From the NCBI GenBank assembly GCA_018696595.1, contig JABHQW010000008.1, positions 224,001 to 288,000 of the forward strand: DNA of 64,000 nt. The letters are read 5' to 3'. The DNA is from Candidatus Woesearchaeota archaeon. Its GTDB lineage: Archaea > Nanobdellota > Nanobdellia > Woesearchaeales > GW2011-AR9. The notes under the pieces were generated by a model. The model worked only from the letters and a program-made list of their open reading frames with translations. It ran no database searches and was not told the origin of the DNA. The position numbers and the translations under genes were made by a program. This document shows positions 9,385 through 19,187 of the stretch, piece by piece (position 1 is the stretch's first letter; every line of letters begins with the position of its first letter).

Positions 9385-10065
9385 ATGAAATTAGCAGCTT
9401 TATTCACCGGCGGAAAGGACTCTGTTTATGCTATTCATTTGGCTCAGAAACAGGGACATGAGATCACTTGCCTAATCACAATTAAATCTGAGAACCCAGA
9501 TTCTTATATGTTTCATACTCCAGCAATAGAGTTAACTGAATTGCAAGCAGAAGCAATGGAGATGCCACATGTAATTGCTAGCACAGAAGGAGAAAAAGAG
9601 AAAGAGTTAGAAGATTTAGAATTAGCGATTAAAACCACAAAAGAAAAGTTTGAATTTGAAGGTGTGATTACTGGTGCTTTATTCTCTGAATATCAAAGTT
9701 CAAGGATTGAAAAGATTTGTAATAAATTAGGGTTGAAATGTGTTAATCCATTATGGCATAAAAAACAGGAAGAAGAAATGCAAGAGTTAGTTGACAATGG
9801 TTTTGAGTTTATCTTCACTTCTATTGCTGCTTATGGTCTAAATAAGAATTGGTTGAATAAAGTAATTACTAATGAAGATTTAGAAAAGCTAAACAAATTA
9901 AAAGATAAAATTGGTTCTAATGTTGCTGGCGAAGGCGGGGAGTTCGAGAGTTTAGTATTGGATTGTCCATTATTCAAAAAGAAACTAGTTATTGAAGAAT
10001 TTGAAATTCAAGAAGAGAATGAATGTACTGCTAGAATGATTATTACAAAGGCAAAGTTAGAATGA
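9385..10065 (+). CDS. dph6: Diphthine-ammonia ligase
   Basis: LFTGGKDS, SYMFH, GEGGEFESLVLDCP; real start MKLAAL at 9385. Confidence 0.9.
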   Translation: MKLAALFTGGKDSVYAIHLAQKQGHEITCLITIKSENPDSYMFHTPAIELTELQAEAMEMPHVIASTEGEKEKELEDLELAIKTTKEKFEFEGVITGALFSEYQSSRIEKICNKLGLKCVNPLWHKKQEEEMQELVDNGFEFIFTSIAAYGLNKNWLNKVITNEDLEKLNKLKDKIGSNVAGEGGEFESLVLDCPLFKKKLVIEEFEIQEENECTARMIITKAKLE

Positions 10066-10454
10066 CTACAGTAATCTGCTTTGGAACATTCGATCATTTA
10101 CATCAAGGCCATTTAAACTATTTCTTACAAGCAAAAGAACTGGGAGACTATCTTATCGTTGTTGTTGCTAGAGATAAGAATACAAACAAAGAAACAACTT
10201 ATAATGAAAATCAAAGATTAAAAGAAGTAAAACAACAACAGATTGTTGACGAAGCTGTTCTAGGGGATTTAGAAGACAAGTATAAAATAATCAAAGAAAA
10301 GAATCCAGACTTTCTTTGTTTGGGATACGATCAGGAGATTGATGAAAATAAACTAAAAGAAGAATTAGTTAAACTTAATTTATTTCCAGAAATAAAAAGA
10401 ATGAACCCTTATCAGGAAGATAAATATAAAAGTAGTTTGATTAGAAACAAATAA
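10062..10454 (+). CDS. ribL: FAD synthetase / cytidylyltransferase-like
   Basis: GTFDHLHQGH, VVVARD, CLGYDQ, KYKSSLI. Confidence 0.8.
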   Translation: MTTVICFGTFDHLHQGHLNYFLQAKELGDYLIVVVARDKNTNKETTYNENQRLKEVKQQQIVDEAVLGDLEDKYKIIKEKNPDFLCLGYDQEIDENKLKEELVKLNLFPEIKRMNPYQEDKYKSSLIRNK

Positions 10455-11273
10455 TTATTTTTTCTTTTTAGCAGTTAAATAACTTTTAAAGATATAAACG
10501 TGTTCCCACACAGAAACAGAAATTTCTATCAACAAGATAAAAGTAACTACCACTATTGCAATTCCATAAATTTGATTAACTAATAATTCGCTTAAATTCT
10601 GAATATTGTTTTTAACAACAGAAACAAAGATTAAGATTGCTAATACAACTAACCAGGTAACTAAAGATTGATGCCCGTGGGTTTTAACAAAATGGAAATC
10701 CTTTTTCAAAGAGTTGTATGCCCCTTTTTTTTCAAATGTCATTACAGGATAGACAAAGAGTAATCGAATTGAAATAAATACTAAATAAACAAGCATGACT
10801 GGGAGGAATATTGCTGCCGCCAATAAAGCATTTGAAGGTAATAAGAAAAATAACACAATCCCTAAAAGTGTTAATGGTACAAAAATAATCAAATAACTTA
10901 AAATGTGAATCCCTAAAGTTGTTAAGTAATGTTTGTTAGCAAATTTAACCCCTCGAATAAAATCTGTTTTTCCTTTCAAAAGAATATCTTTGATCATGCC
11001 ATATTTAGCAGTTAGTAAATAATTGTCAATTAGTACTACTAGAATCACATAAATAGCTAGGAAAATCCAAGAACTGGGGGTTTGTAAGACAATCTTAAGT
11101 AATGAGTATTCACTACTAATAAAAACATCAAGAATACCAGTAACTAACAAGAATAAGTAAACTAAAATTAGATTTACAGTTAAGATTAAAAGATTAGGAA
11201 GAAAAAGTATTTTGTTATTTTTAACAATTCTCCAACTTACTTCAAACGGGTTTTCCCTCTTTTTTCTCTTCAT
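10455..11273 (-). CDS. Polytopic membrane protein of unknown function
   Basis: About 6 hydrophobic segments. Confidence 0.7.
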   Translation of the reverse strand: MKRKKRENPFEVSWRIVKNNKILFLPNLLILTVNLILVYLFLLVTGILDVFISSEYSLLKIVLQTPSSWIFLAIYVILVVLIDNYLLTAKYGMIKDILLKGKTDFIRGVKFANKHYLTTLGIHILSYLIIFVPLTLLGIVLFFLLPSNALLAAAIFLPVMLVYLVFISIRLLFVYPVMTFEKKGAYNSLKKDFHFVKTHGHQSLVTWLVVLAILIFVSVVKNNIQNLSELLVNQIYGIAIVVVTFILLIEISVSVWEHVYIFKSYLTAKKKK

Positions 11274-11399
11274 AGCTTAAAAGAAAGGATTTGGGTTATA
11301 TATAGTTTTTGTTTGCGGTTGTGCATTAATTCCCTCGTGATTCCCATTATTTCACATTATTTATATACTAATTAACTATTGTTAACTTAGGTGATAAAA

Positions 11400-11579
11400 A
11401 TGGGCTGCAAGGTTTGCGATATTGAATTAACTGCAAGTGATTTATTTTATTGCAATTCTTGTGAAAATATCAGAAGACGATGGGAAGTGTATTGTGAGGG
11501 TAATAATTTTTATAAGAAAAACGGAAGAAACGGGCAACCGGGAAGGAAAAAAAGTACAAAATGGAATCAAACGAACTAA
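11400..11579 (+). CDS. CxxC-pair microprotein (putative Zn ribbon)
   Basis: MGCKVCDIELTASDLFYCNSC...; SD AGGTGA before ATG 11400; first gene after a TATA box. Confidence 0.65.
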   Translation: MGCKVCDIELTASDLFYCNSCENIRRRWEVYCEGNNFYKKNGRNGQPGRKKSTKWNQTN

Positions 11580-12136
11580 AAATAAATGAACAAGCACCAA
11601 AGTTTACAGCTGAAGCGTTACATCAAGGAGAAATAAAAAAAGTTAATTTAGATGACTATAAGGGAAAATGGGTGGCCTTAGTTTTTTATCCAGCAGATTT
11701 TACTTTTGTTTGTCCAACTGAGTTAGGAAGCTTAGCTGATAAATATGAAGAATTCAAGCAAGTAAATACAGAAATAATTAGCATTAGTACAGACACTGTT
11801 TTTGTCCATAAAGCGTGGGCAGACAATTCTGAAACAATTAAAAAAATTACTTATCCAATGTTAGCGGATCCGACTGGAAAGATTTGTCGAGCTTATGGGA
11901 CTTATTTGGAACACGAAGGCCTAAGTTTAAGGGGGACATTTATTGTTGATCCTGACGGAGTTCTAAAAGCTTACGAATTACATGACAATAGTATTGGTAG
12001 AAATAGTGAGGAGTTGATGAGAAAAATCAAAGCGGCTCAGTTTGTCTATGAGCATGGAGATAAAGTTTGTCCAGCTAATTGGCAACCTGGAAAAGAAACA
12101 TTAAAGCCAGGATTGGATTTAGTGGGAAAACTTTGA
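11561..12136 (+). CDS. ahpC: 2-Cys peroxiredoxin
   Basis: FYPADFTFVCPTEL and VCPANW. Confidence 0.95.
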   Translation: MESNELKINEQAPKFTAEALHQGEIKKVNLDDYKGKWVALVFYPADFTFVCPTELGSLADKYEEFKQVNTEIISISTDTVFVHKAWADNSETIKKITYPMLADPTGKICRAYGTYLEHEGLSLRGTFIVDPDGVLKAYELHDNSIGRNSEELMRKIKAAQFVYEHGDKVCPANWQPGKETLKPGLDLVGKL

Positions 12137-12171
12137 TTTTTTTAATTTATGTTTTTGAGGGGGTGTTTTAA

Positions 12172-12303
12172 ATGAAAAATGTATGCGAACTATGTGATGA
12201 AATGTTAGAAAAAAAAGACACAGAAGCAATAGATTATTGTGATCTGTGTAATGATGAGAAAGGAAAAGAGAAAAGATTAAAAAGTTCTTGCTCTTGGTGT
12301 TAA
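12172..12303 (+). CDS. 43-aa microprotein with three CxxC motifs; not in ORF track
   Basis: MKNVCELCDEMLEKKDTEAIDYCDLCNDEKGKEKRLKSSCSWC; strong SD GAGGGGGTG at 12157-12165; fills the ahpC-sod gap. Confidence 0.7.
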   Translation: MKNVCELCDEMLEKKDTEAIDYCDLCNDEKGKEKRLKSSCSWC

Positions 12304-12325
12304 TTAAAACAAGAGGTGTAATAAA

Positions 12326-12928
12326 ATGAATGAATTTAAACCATTACCTTATGGATACAATGCTTTAGAACCGTTTATCGATGAACAAACAATGAAGATT
12401 CATCATAACAAACATCATCAAGCTTATTTTGATAAATTTACAGCAGCAATTTCTGGAACAGATTTAGAGAATAAAGACGTTAAAGAAATTTTGTCTGATT
12501 TAAATCAAATTCCAGAAGAGATTAAGACAGCTGTGATTAATAACGGTGGCGGTTTTTATCACCATAGTTTCTTTTGGGAAATCATGAAAATAGATGTTTC
12601 TTTTGAAGGCGAAATAGCAGAAGCTATTAAAGAAAAGTTTGAAAGCTTTGAAAGCTTTAAAGGACAGTTTTCTAAAGCTGCACTCACTGTTTTTGGATCT
12701 GGTTGGGCTTGGTTAGTTCTTAATGAAAATAAAGAATTAGAAATTGTCCAAACAAAAAATCAAGATTGTCCGTTAAGTATAAACAAAATTCCTCTTTTGG
12801 CGATTGATGTTTGGGAACATGCCTATTATTTGAAATACCAAAATAAAAGAGCCGAGTATGTTGAAAACTTTTTTAATGTGATTGATTGGGATAAAGTAAA
12901 TGAGTTATATAAAGAGGCAAAACAATGA
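12326..12928 (+). CDS. sod: Fe/Mn superoxide dismutase
   Basis: HHNKHH, FGSGWAWL, DVWEHAYY. Confidence 0.95.
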   Translation: MNEFKPLPYGYNALEPFIDEQTMKIHHNKHHQAYFDKFTAAISGTDLENKDVKEILSDLNQIPEEIKTAVINNGGGFYHHSFFWEIMKIDVSFEGEIAEAIKEKFESFESFKGQFSKAALTVFGSGWAWLVLNENKELEIVQTKNQDCPLSINKIPLLAIDVWEHAYYLKYQNKRAEYVENFFNVIDWDKVNELYKEAKQ

Positions 12929-13509
12929 AAATAAATAATCGAGAAATACAATTTCCTTTAAACAAGATTTTTCCAAAACGTTGGTCTCCAAGATCATTTA
13001 ATGGTAAAAAATTAACCAAAACACAAATCATGACCTTATTTGAAGCTGCTCGTTGGTCTCCAAGTGCGTTTAATGGGCAACCTTGGAAATTTGTTTACAC
13101 TGAAAGAGGAGATAAGAATTGGAAAAGATTGTTGAATTTACTAATTCCATTCAACCAAATGTGGGTTAAGAATAGCTCTCTGTTAGTTTTTGTAATCTCT
13201 AATAAGAAGTTTGAGTATAATGGTAAATCAAATAAAACCCATTCTTTTGATGTTGGTGCTGCATGGATGTCTGTTGCTTTACAGGCATCATTAATGGGTC
13301 TTGCGGCCCATGGGATGAGTGGTATTAATTATAAGAAAGCAACTGAAGTACTAAAAATACCAAAAAACTACAAATTGGAAATGGCTTTTGCTGTTGGTAA
13401 GAAAGATTTAAAATCAAAATTACCCGCGGATTTCCAAAAAATGGAAGTTCAATCAGATAGAAATAAAGTTAATAAATTCATATCTAAAGGAACATTTGTT
13501 TGGAAATAA
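12925..13509 (+). CDS. Nitroreductase-family flavoprotein
   Basis: RWSPRSF, EAARWSPSAFNGQPWKF, SFDVGAA. Confidence 0.9.
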   Translation: MKINNREIQFPLNKIFPKRWSPRSFNGKKLTKTQIMTLFEAARWSPSAFNGQPWKFVYTERGDKNWKRLLNLLIPFNQMWVKNSSLLVFVISNKKFEYNGKSNKTHSFDVGAAWMSVALQASLMGLAAHGMSGINYKKATEVLKIPKNYKLEMAFAVGKKDLKSKLPADFQKMEVQSDRNKVNKFISKGTFVWK

Positions 13510-13580
13510 AGAAAAATAAAATTTAATTTTAATAGTAATTTTTTTAATTTTTTAATAAGTCTAAATGGAGGTAGATTAAA

Positions 13581-13862
13581 ATGGAAAAATGTAATGAAAA
13601 TAAATGTGGTAGTGAGAAAGAATCTTGTTATAGTACTGGTTGTGATATGACTGATGCTATGTTAAGATTGGCAGATAAAGCTTGGGAAGAGCTAATGCTT
13701 GAAAAAATGAAAAAAGTTTTTGAAGAACATAATGGGGAAAGGATGAATAAAGTTGCTCAGGTGACTGTTGATTCTGCCAATGCGCATTGGAAAACTAAAA
13801 TGGAAGCAATGGGAAACAAGCATAATGCAAAAATTAAATTACAAGAAGCTTTTAGGGGTTAA
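13581..13862 (+). CDS. Hypothetical protein with Cys-rich N-terminus and helical C-terminus
   Basis: SD GGAGG; four Cys in the first 21 aa. Confidence 0.7.
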   Translation: MEKCNENKCGSEKESCYSTGCDMTDAMLRLADKAWEELMLEKMKKVFEEHNGERMNKVAQVTVDSANAHWKTKMEAMGNKHNAKIKLQEAFRG

Positions 13863-13877
13863 AAACCCCTTTTTTTT
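13854..13877 (+). terminator. Hairpin plus T-run terminator-like element
   Basis: AGGGGTT-AAA-AACCCCT followed by T7, between convergent genes. Confidence 0.55.
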
Positions 13878-13878
13878 A

Positions 13879-16062
13879 TTACAACCTTTTTCTTTTCAAT
13901 AACAAACTATTTGTAATTACACTTACGCTAGACAAGGCCATTGCTCCGCCCGCAATCATCGGACTAAGTAACCAGCCAGTCCAGGGATATAATACTCCTG
14001 CAGCAACGGGGATGCCTAAAACATTGTAAAACAAAGCCCAGAACATATTCTGTCTGATTTTACTCATCGTCATCTTGCTTAACTTTATTGCTTTAGGAAT
14101 ATCTAACAAAGAATCTCGCATTAAAACAATGCTACCAGTTTCCATTGCTACATCTGTTCCTGAACCCATAGCGATACCAATATCTGCTTGTGCTAACATT
14201 GGCGCATCGTTAATTCCGTCACCAACAGCAGCAATCTTGCCTTTACGTTGTAACTTTTTAACATGCTTAGCTTTCTCACCAGGAAGAACTTCAGCAAAGT
14301 AATTCTTTATGCCAGCTTTCTTAGCAATAGCTTTAGCAGTTCTTTCATTATCTCCAGTAATCATATAAACTTTTATTCCTAATTTTTGTAAAGCCCTGAT
14401 TGCTTTAGGAGAATCTTCTTTAATTTCATCAGCAACAGCAATAACTCCTAACACTTTCTTCCCTTGAGCAAGAATCATCGCAGTTTTACCTTCAGTTTCT
14501 AAATTTTCAATTCTCTTTTTGAAAGTGGACAAATTAACTTTCCTTTCTTGCATTAACCTTAGATTTCCTAAATAGTATTCTTTTCCAGCAAATTTTGCTT
14601 TTACACCTTTTCCAGTAATTGATTTAAAGCCAGTAATTTTTTTAATTTTAATTTTCTTGGCTTTAGTTTTATTAACAATCGCTTCCCCTAAAGGATGTTC
14701 AGAACTGTTTTCAATACTGCCCGCAATTTCTAACAGTTTGTTTTCAGTTAATCCTTTGCTAACAACTAAATCAGTAACTTCGGGCTGTCCTTTAGTAATT
14801 GTTCCGGTCTTATCAAAAACAACATATTTTAATTTGTGAGCAGTTTCTAAAGCATCTCCACCTTTGATTAGGATCCCTCGTTTAGCGCCTTTACCTGTAC
14901 CAACCATGATTGCTGTAGGGGTAGCTAATCCTAATGCACAAGGACAAGCAATAACTAATACTGCTACAGCAGCAATGATTGCAAAACCAACTTCTGCTTT
15001 AATGATAGAAAACCAAACTGTAAAAGTTAAGAGAGCAATAAAAATAACTATTGGCACGAAGTAAGCAGAAACTGCATCAGCAAATCTTTGAATTGGCGCT
15101 TTCTTAGTTTGTGCTTCTTCAATTAATTTAATTATTCTTGAAAGAGTAGTTTCTGACCCCACTTTAGTTGCTTTAAATCTAAAACTGCCAACTTTGTTAA
15201 TTGTTGAACCAATAACTGGATCACCTTTCTTCTTTTCTACAGGAATACTTTCTCCCGTAACTAGGGATTCATCAAGTGTAGAATGGCCTTCTGTAATAAC
15301 TCCATCAACAGGAACTTTTTCTCCTGGTTTAACAATAACCACATCCCCTTCTTGAACTTCATCAATAGGGATTTTCATTTCTTTTCTGTTTCTAATAACT
15401 GTAGCAGTTTTTGCACCAATCTTCATTAACTTAGAAATTGCTTCAGAGGTTCTTCCTTTTGCTTTTGCTTCTAAATATTTTCCAAATATTACTAATGTGA
15501 TCAATACAGCAGAAGCTTCAAAGTATTGGTGGCCTGTTCCCGAGAGAACAACATAAACTGAATAAAAATAAGCTGCACTTGTTCCTAAGGCAACTAAGGA
15601 ATCCATGTTAGCAGATTTGTTTTTTAATGCCATCCAACTTCCTTGATAAAATTGCCAACCAATATAGAATTGAATTGGTGTAGCTAAAAACCACATCAAA
15701 TAATCTTGAAATGCAAACAATGGTGTTTTCATGAAAAACATTCCTAAGATGAATGCGGGTATAGCGAAGATTGCACTTAAGATAACTTTATTTCTTAATT
15801 TTTTCAAATCATCCTTGCCTTTCTTTTCTTCCTTTCTGAAATCTTTTTCTTTAGAAATATAACCAGAATAACCTTTATTTTTAATACTCTGAATTAATTT
15901 CTGTTCATCAGTAATGTTTGGATTAAATTCGATCGTAGCTTTTTCTGTAGAAAAGTTTACGTTAGCAGACTTCACTCCTTTTTCTTTATTGAGTGCTTTA
16001 TCAATTATCTTTGCACAACTCGCGCAAGTCATTCCTGAAATCTTTATGTTAGTTTTCTTCAT
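13879..16062 (-). CDS. copA: Cu(I)-translocating P1B-1 ATPase
   Basis: HMA GMTCASC, TGES, CPC, DKTGT, EHP, GDGINDAP, YN, MALSS. Confidence 0.95.
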   Translation of the reverse strand: MKKTNIKISGMTCASCAKIIDKALNKEKGVKSANVNFSTEKATIEFNPNITDEQKLIQSIKNKGYSGYISKEKDFRKEEKKGKDDLKKLRNKVILSAIFAIPAFILGMFFMKTPLFAFQDYLMWFLATPIQFYIGWQFYQGSWMALKNKSANMDSLVALGTSAAYFYSVYVVLSGTGHQYFEASAVLITLVIFGKYLEAKAKGRTSEAISKLMKIGAKTATVIRNRKEMKIPIDEVQEGDVVIVKPGEKVPVDGVITEGHSTLDESLVTGESIPVEKKKGDPVIGSTINKVGSFRFKATKVGSETTLSRIIKLIEEAQTKKAPIQRFADAVSAYFVPIVIFIALLTFTVWFSIIKAEVGFAIIAAVAVLVIACPCALGLATPTAIMVGTGKGAKRGILIKGGDALETAHKLKYVVFDKTGTITKGQPEVTDLVVSKGLTENKLLEIAGSIENSSEHPLGEAIVNKTKAKKIKIKKITGFKSITGKGVKAKFAGKEYYLGNLRLMQERKVNLSTFKKRIENLETEGKTAMILAQGKKVLGVIAVADEIKEDSPKAIRALQKLGIKVYMITGDNERTAKAIAKKAGIKNYFAEVLPGEKAKHVKKLQRKGKIAAVGDGINDAPMLAQADIGIAMGSGTDVAMETGSIVLMRDSLLDIPKAIKLSKMTMSKIRQNMFWALFYNVLGIPVAAGVLYPWTGWLLSPMIAGGAMALSSVSVITNSLLLKRKRL

Positions 16063-16123
16063 TTTATCTTCTCCGTTTTATGATAATATAAACATTTTAT
16101 TTAATTCTTTCTAAGGGAGTAGT

Positions 16124-17563
16124 TTAACCACCGCAACCACATCCCCCTCCAGAAGAGCCACAACTGCCCCCCTTAGGAACTTCTACTTCATTTAAAGCTT
16201 GATTAGCAGAACTACCATCCACTTCATCTTGGACAATGAAAACACCAGGAATCATTCCCATCCAACAGCTCCAGGAAATAGTACCTGTTTCTGTAGGTGT
16301 AAATTCAATAGTTTGTTCTCCTTGTTTAATATCAAACTTTAATCCTAATTTTGGAACCTGAATTGCGTTATTACAACCATTAAGTTCTTTTGCATTAATG
16401 ATCCATTTTACTGGGACGCCTTTCTTGAGAACAAATTTATCAGGACTCCAACCATAACGATTAACTTCCATTCTGATTTCTTGATAACCATCTTTGAAAA
16501 CTAAAGAACTTTCAACACCATCAATTCCTGAATCTCCATTACCAAAAGAATCAAAACCAGCAGTTAAAGAATTGTAATCATAACCAGTACCAGTTAAAGA
16601 TATTCCTCGGTTAATCATTACTAATCCTAAAACGATTACAATTACTCCAGAAGCTTTTAATATCTTATGTGTTGCTTTTTTACTAATGATGCTTGTTAAA
16701 TAACCAAAGCCGAGCATTACTGGTAAAGTACCAAGAGCAAAAATAAATAATAATTTAGCACCTTCAACCATACTTCCTGTTCCGGCAGCCATAATGTAAA
16801 TGGCTTGTAAAGGTCCGCAAGCAATCATTAATCCGTTAAGTAAACCGATTATTAAAGGATTATTGGAATGTTCTTTCTTTCCTTTCCTTAAAAATTTGTT
16901 TAAGAATTGAGGCATTGCTATTTTGAATTTTCTTAATCCAGGGAAGACATTTAACATCTTCAGTCCAAAGATTACTAAAAACAATCCAGCAAGAATTCCC
17001 GCCCATCCTCTAATTGCAGGAGTAAAAGCGATAATACTTCCCAATAATCCAAAAATTGCTCCAATGACCGTATAAGAGATCAATTTTCCAATTGCATAAG
17101 ATAAATGTAACTTAGCTGGCTTCTTTCCTTCTTTAACGCCTTTAGCAGTATAAGAAACAACAAAGCCACCACACATTCCTACACAATGAAATCCTGTTAA
17201 TAATCCAACAACAAATAGTAATCCATAACCCATATTTTGACTGATTGCTGGAATTTCAATTCTGCCATACAATTGCCAAGCAAAATACATGACTAAAATA
17301 AACCCAATAGCTGCAAAACTCCAAGCTAACCAATTTGTTTTTTTAGTTTCTTCTCCCAACTCACAAAGATAACCCTTTTCTTCGATTACTTTTTTAATTT
17401 CTGAATAATTAGTTTTGTTACTATCAAACTCAACTTCAGCTTTTTCTGTGGCATAATCAATATCAATACCTCTCACACCTTCTAATTTTAAAACTTGTTT
17501 AGCAATAATATTTTCACAGCTATTACAAGTCATTCCTTTAGTTTTAAACTTCTTTTTTATCAT
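16124..17563 (-). CDS. HMA + DsbD_2-like TM domain + cupredoxin-like fusion protein
   Basis: GMTCNSC; GFHCVGMCG and ACGPLQ in TM region; CNN...SCWMGM; Cys/Gly tail GGSCGSSGGGCGCGG. Confidence 0.85.
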   Translation of the reverse strand: MIKKKFKTKGMTCNSCENIIAKQVLKLEGVRGIDIDYATEKAEVEFDSNKTNYSEIKKVIEEKGYLCELGEETKKTNWLAWSFAAIGFILVMYFAWQLYGRIEIPAISQNMGYGLLFVVGLLTGFHCVGMCGGFVVSYTAKGVKEGKKPAKLHLSYAIGKLISYTVIGAIFGLLGSIIAFTPAIRGWAGILAGLFLVIFGLKMLNVFPGLRKFKIAMPQFLNKFLRKGKKEHSNNPLIIGLLNGLMIACGPLQAIYIMAAGTGSMVEGAKLLFIFALGTLPVMLGFGYLTSIISKKATHKILKASGVIVIVLGLVMINRGISLTGTGYDYNSLTAGFDSFGNGDSGIDGVESSLVFKDGYQEIRMEVNRYGWSPDKFVLKKGVPVKWIINAKELNGCNNAIQVPKLGLKFDIKQGEQTIEFTPTETGTISWSCWMGMIPGVFIVQDEVDGSSANQALNEVEVPKGGSCGSSGGGCGCGG

Positions 17564-18069
17564 TGTAATTTTAAATCACCCTCTTTTTCTTTTATTTTGA
17601 TTAATTTGTTTAATTTTAAGTTATAATAACTGCTAATTGTAATCCCCAAGATTGTTATTTGTGAAACTAAACAGAAAATACAAAGTGCTTTGATCAGAAA
17701 AAATTCTGCATAAGTTAAATATAAAGAAACCCCTAATGCAATAACTGAAAAAGCCAACAAGTTTTCTGCTGAAATAGTTTTTCTTAATATTTTTTTCTCT
17801 TTTATCTTTTTCAATAAGTTTTCTTTTGACAAACTAAAACTTATCAATCCTAAAAATGAGTACCCTAATAATCCTAAAAACGCAACGGGAATTCCAAACA
17901 CTTCTGCATATTTGCTTTGTTTAACTATACTACATTGAAATGTTCCGTTTAAATCACAAGGGCTATTTAATGTTGAATAATGAAGATATGTTAAATAACC
18001 AGAAAGAACGATTCCCAAAATAGAAAGAAAAAAAATAAATTTCAGTAAGTTCTGTTGTTTTATTCTCAT
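17560..18069 (-). CDS. Vitamin K epoxide reductase family protein
   Basis: Loop cysteine pair CDLNGTFQC, conserved Ser, TM CxxC (CIFC). Confidence 0.9.
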   Translation of the reverse strand: MRIKQQNLLKFIFFLSILGIVLSGYLTYLHYSTLNSPCDLNGTFQCSIVKQSKYAEVFGIPVAFLGLLGYSFLGLISFSLSKENLLKKIKEKKILRKTISAENLLAFSVIALGVSLYLTYAEFFLIKALCIFCLVSQITILGITISSYYNLKLNKLIKIKEKEGDLKLQ

Positions 18070-18263
18070 TCTACTTTGTAACCTTCTTTTTCAATTGCTT
18101 TTTTGATTTTTTCTTCAGTAATTTTACTTTCATCAAATTCAATTGCAGCAGTACCTTTCTCACTATCAACTTCACTCTTTACATCTAAGTCATCTAGTGC
18201 ATCTTCGATTAACATTTTACAACTTTTACAATGCATTCCTTTAATTTTCAGATTTATTTTCAT
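18066..18263 (-). CDS. copZ: Copper chaperone (HMA)
   Basis: GMHCKSC in a 65-aa HMA fold. Confidence 0.9.
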   Translation of the reverse strand: MKINLKIKGMHCKSCKMLIEDALDDLDVKSEVDSEKGTAAIEFDESKITEEKIKKAIEKEGYKVE

Positions 18264-18276
18264 TTTATTTTTACCT

Positions 18277-19119
18277 CTACTTACTTAGTTCTGCTTCAAT
18301 CACTTGTTCAAACACAGAGAAAGGTTGTGCTCCAGAAACAAGATTGCCATTAATGAAAAATGCTGGTGTTCCTGAAACTCCTAATTGTTGACCAGCAATG
18401 AAATCATCTTGTACTTCTTTAGCCATTTCTCCAGAATCTAACATCTTATCAAATTTTCCACCATCTAAACCGATTTCTCGAGCATATTGTTTGAATGAAG
18501 CTACTCCGCCAGCTACGCCTTTCTCAAACAGTAAGTCATGCATTTCAAAATATTTCTCGTCTCCGCCTAATTCTCCAGCAACTTCAGCGGCTTCTGCTGC
18601 TTTCTGAGCATTCTGGTGGAAACTTAATGGGAAATCTCTGTAAATGAATTTTACTTTTCCAGTATCAATATAGTTCTTTTCAATTTGTTGTAAAGATTGA
18701 TCATAAAATTTAGTACAAAATGGACATTCATAATCACTGAACTCAACTATGGTTACGGGTGCATCTTTATCTCCTTTAATGGAGTCATCATCAATGTAAG
18801 TGGCCATATCAACTGCAGGTGCGTTATTATTAGATGGAACGGCTGCCTGACTTGGAACATCAACAACTTCATTATTCTCAACTGCAACTCCTGAAAGTGC
18901 AGAAATCTTTACAGCAACAAATAGTAACAATAAAACTTGAATCACTACTGCAACTGCTAAAAACTTTTGGAAACTATTTAGTTTTGTTCCACAACAAGAA
19001 TCTTTCACTTTCTTGTGTTCTTGTTTATTTTCTACATGTGCTTCTTTATGGGCTGTATGTTCCTTATGGGCATGATGTTCAGGTTTCTTTTCTTCATGTT
19101 CCTTTTCATAGTGTGTCAT
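18277..19119 (-). CDS. Membrane-anchored DsbA-like thioredoxin with His-rich N-terminus
   Basis: FSDYECPFC, cis-Pro loop GTPAF, one TM, His/Glu/Lys-rich leader ending in CC. Confidence 0.9.
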   Translation of the reverse strand: MTHYEKEHEEKKPEHHAHKEHTAHKEAHVENKQEHKKVKDSCCGTKLNSFQKFLAVAVVIQVLLLLFVAVKISALSGVAVENNEVVDVPSQAAVPSNNNAPAVDMATYIDDDSIKGDKDAPVTIVEFSDYECPFCTKFYDQSLQQIEKNYIDTGKVKFIYRDFPLSFHQNAQKAAEAAEVAGELGGDEKYFEMHDLLFEKGVAGGVASFKQYAREIGLDGGKFDKMLDSGEMAKEVQDDFIAGQQLGVSGTPAFFINGNLVSGAQPFSVFEQVIEAELSK

Positions 19120-19145
19120 TTTGTTTAAAACCTCCAGTTTTTAAC

Positions 19146-19176
19146 ATGCAAAAATCATGTAATGATTTTTTAGCAT
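19146..19176. promoter_or_regulatory. Inverted repeat upstream of the dsbA-copZ-VKOR-copA operon
   Basis: ATGC-AAAAATCAT-GTA-ATGATTTTT-TA-GCAT. Confidence 0.4.
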
Positions 19177-19187
19177 ATTTACCTCTT

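Noticed and set aside
12172-13862. Selenoprotein or recoded stop in the Cys-rich small ORFs
   Set aside because: These ORFs end in TAA, no in-frame TGA extends a motif, and no SECIS is nearby
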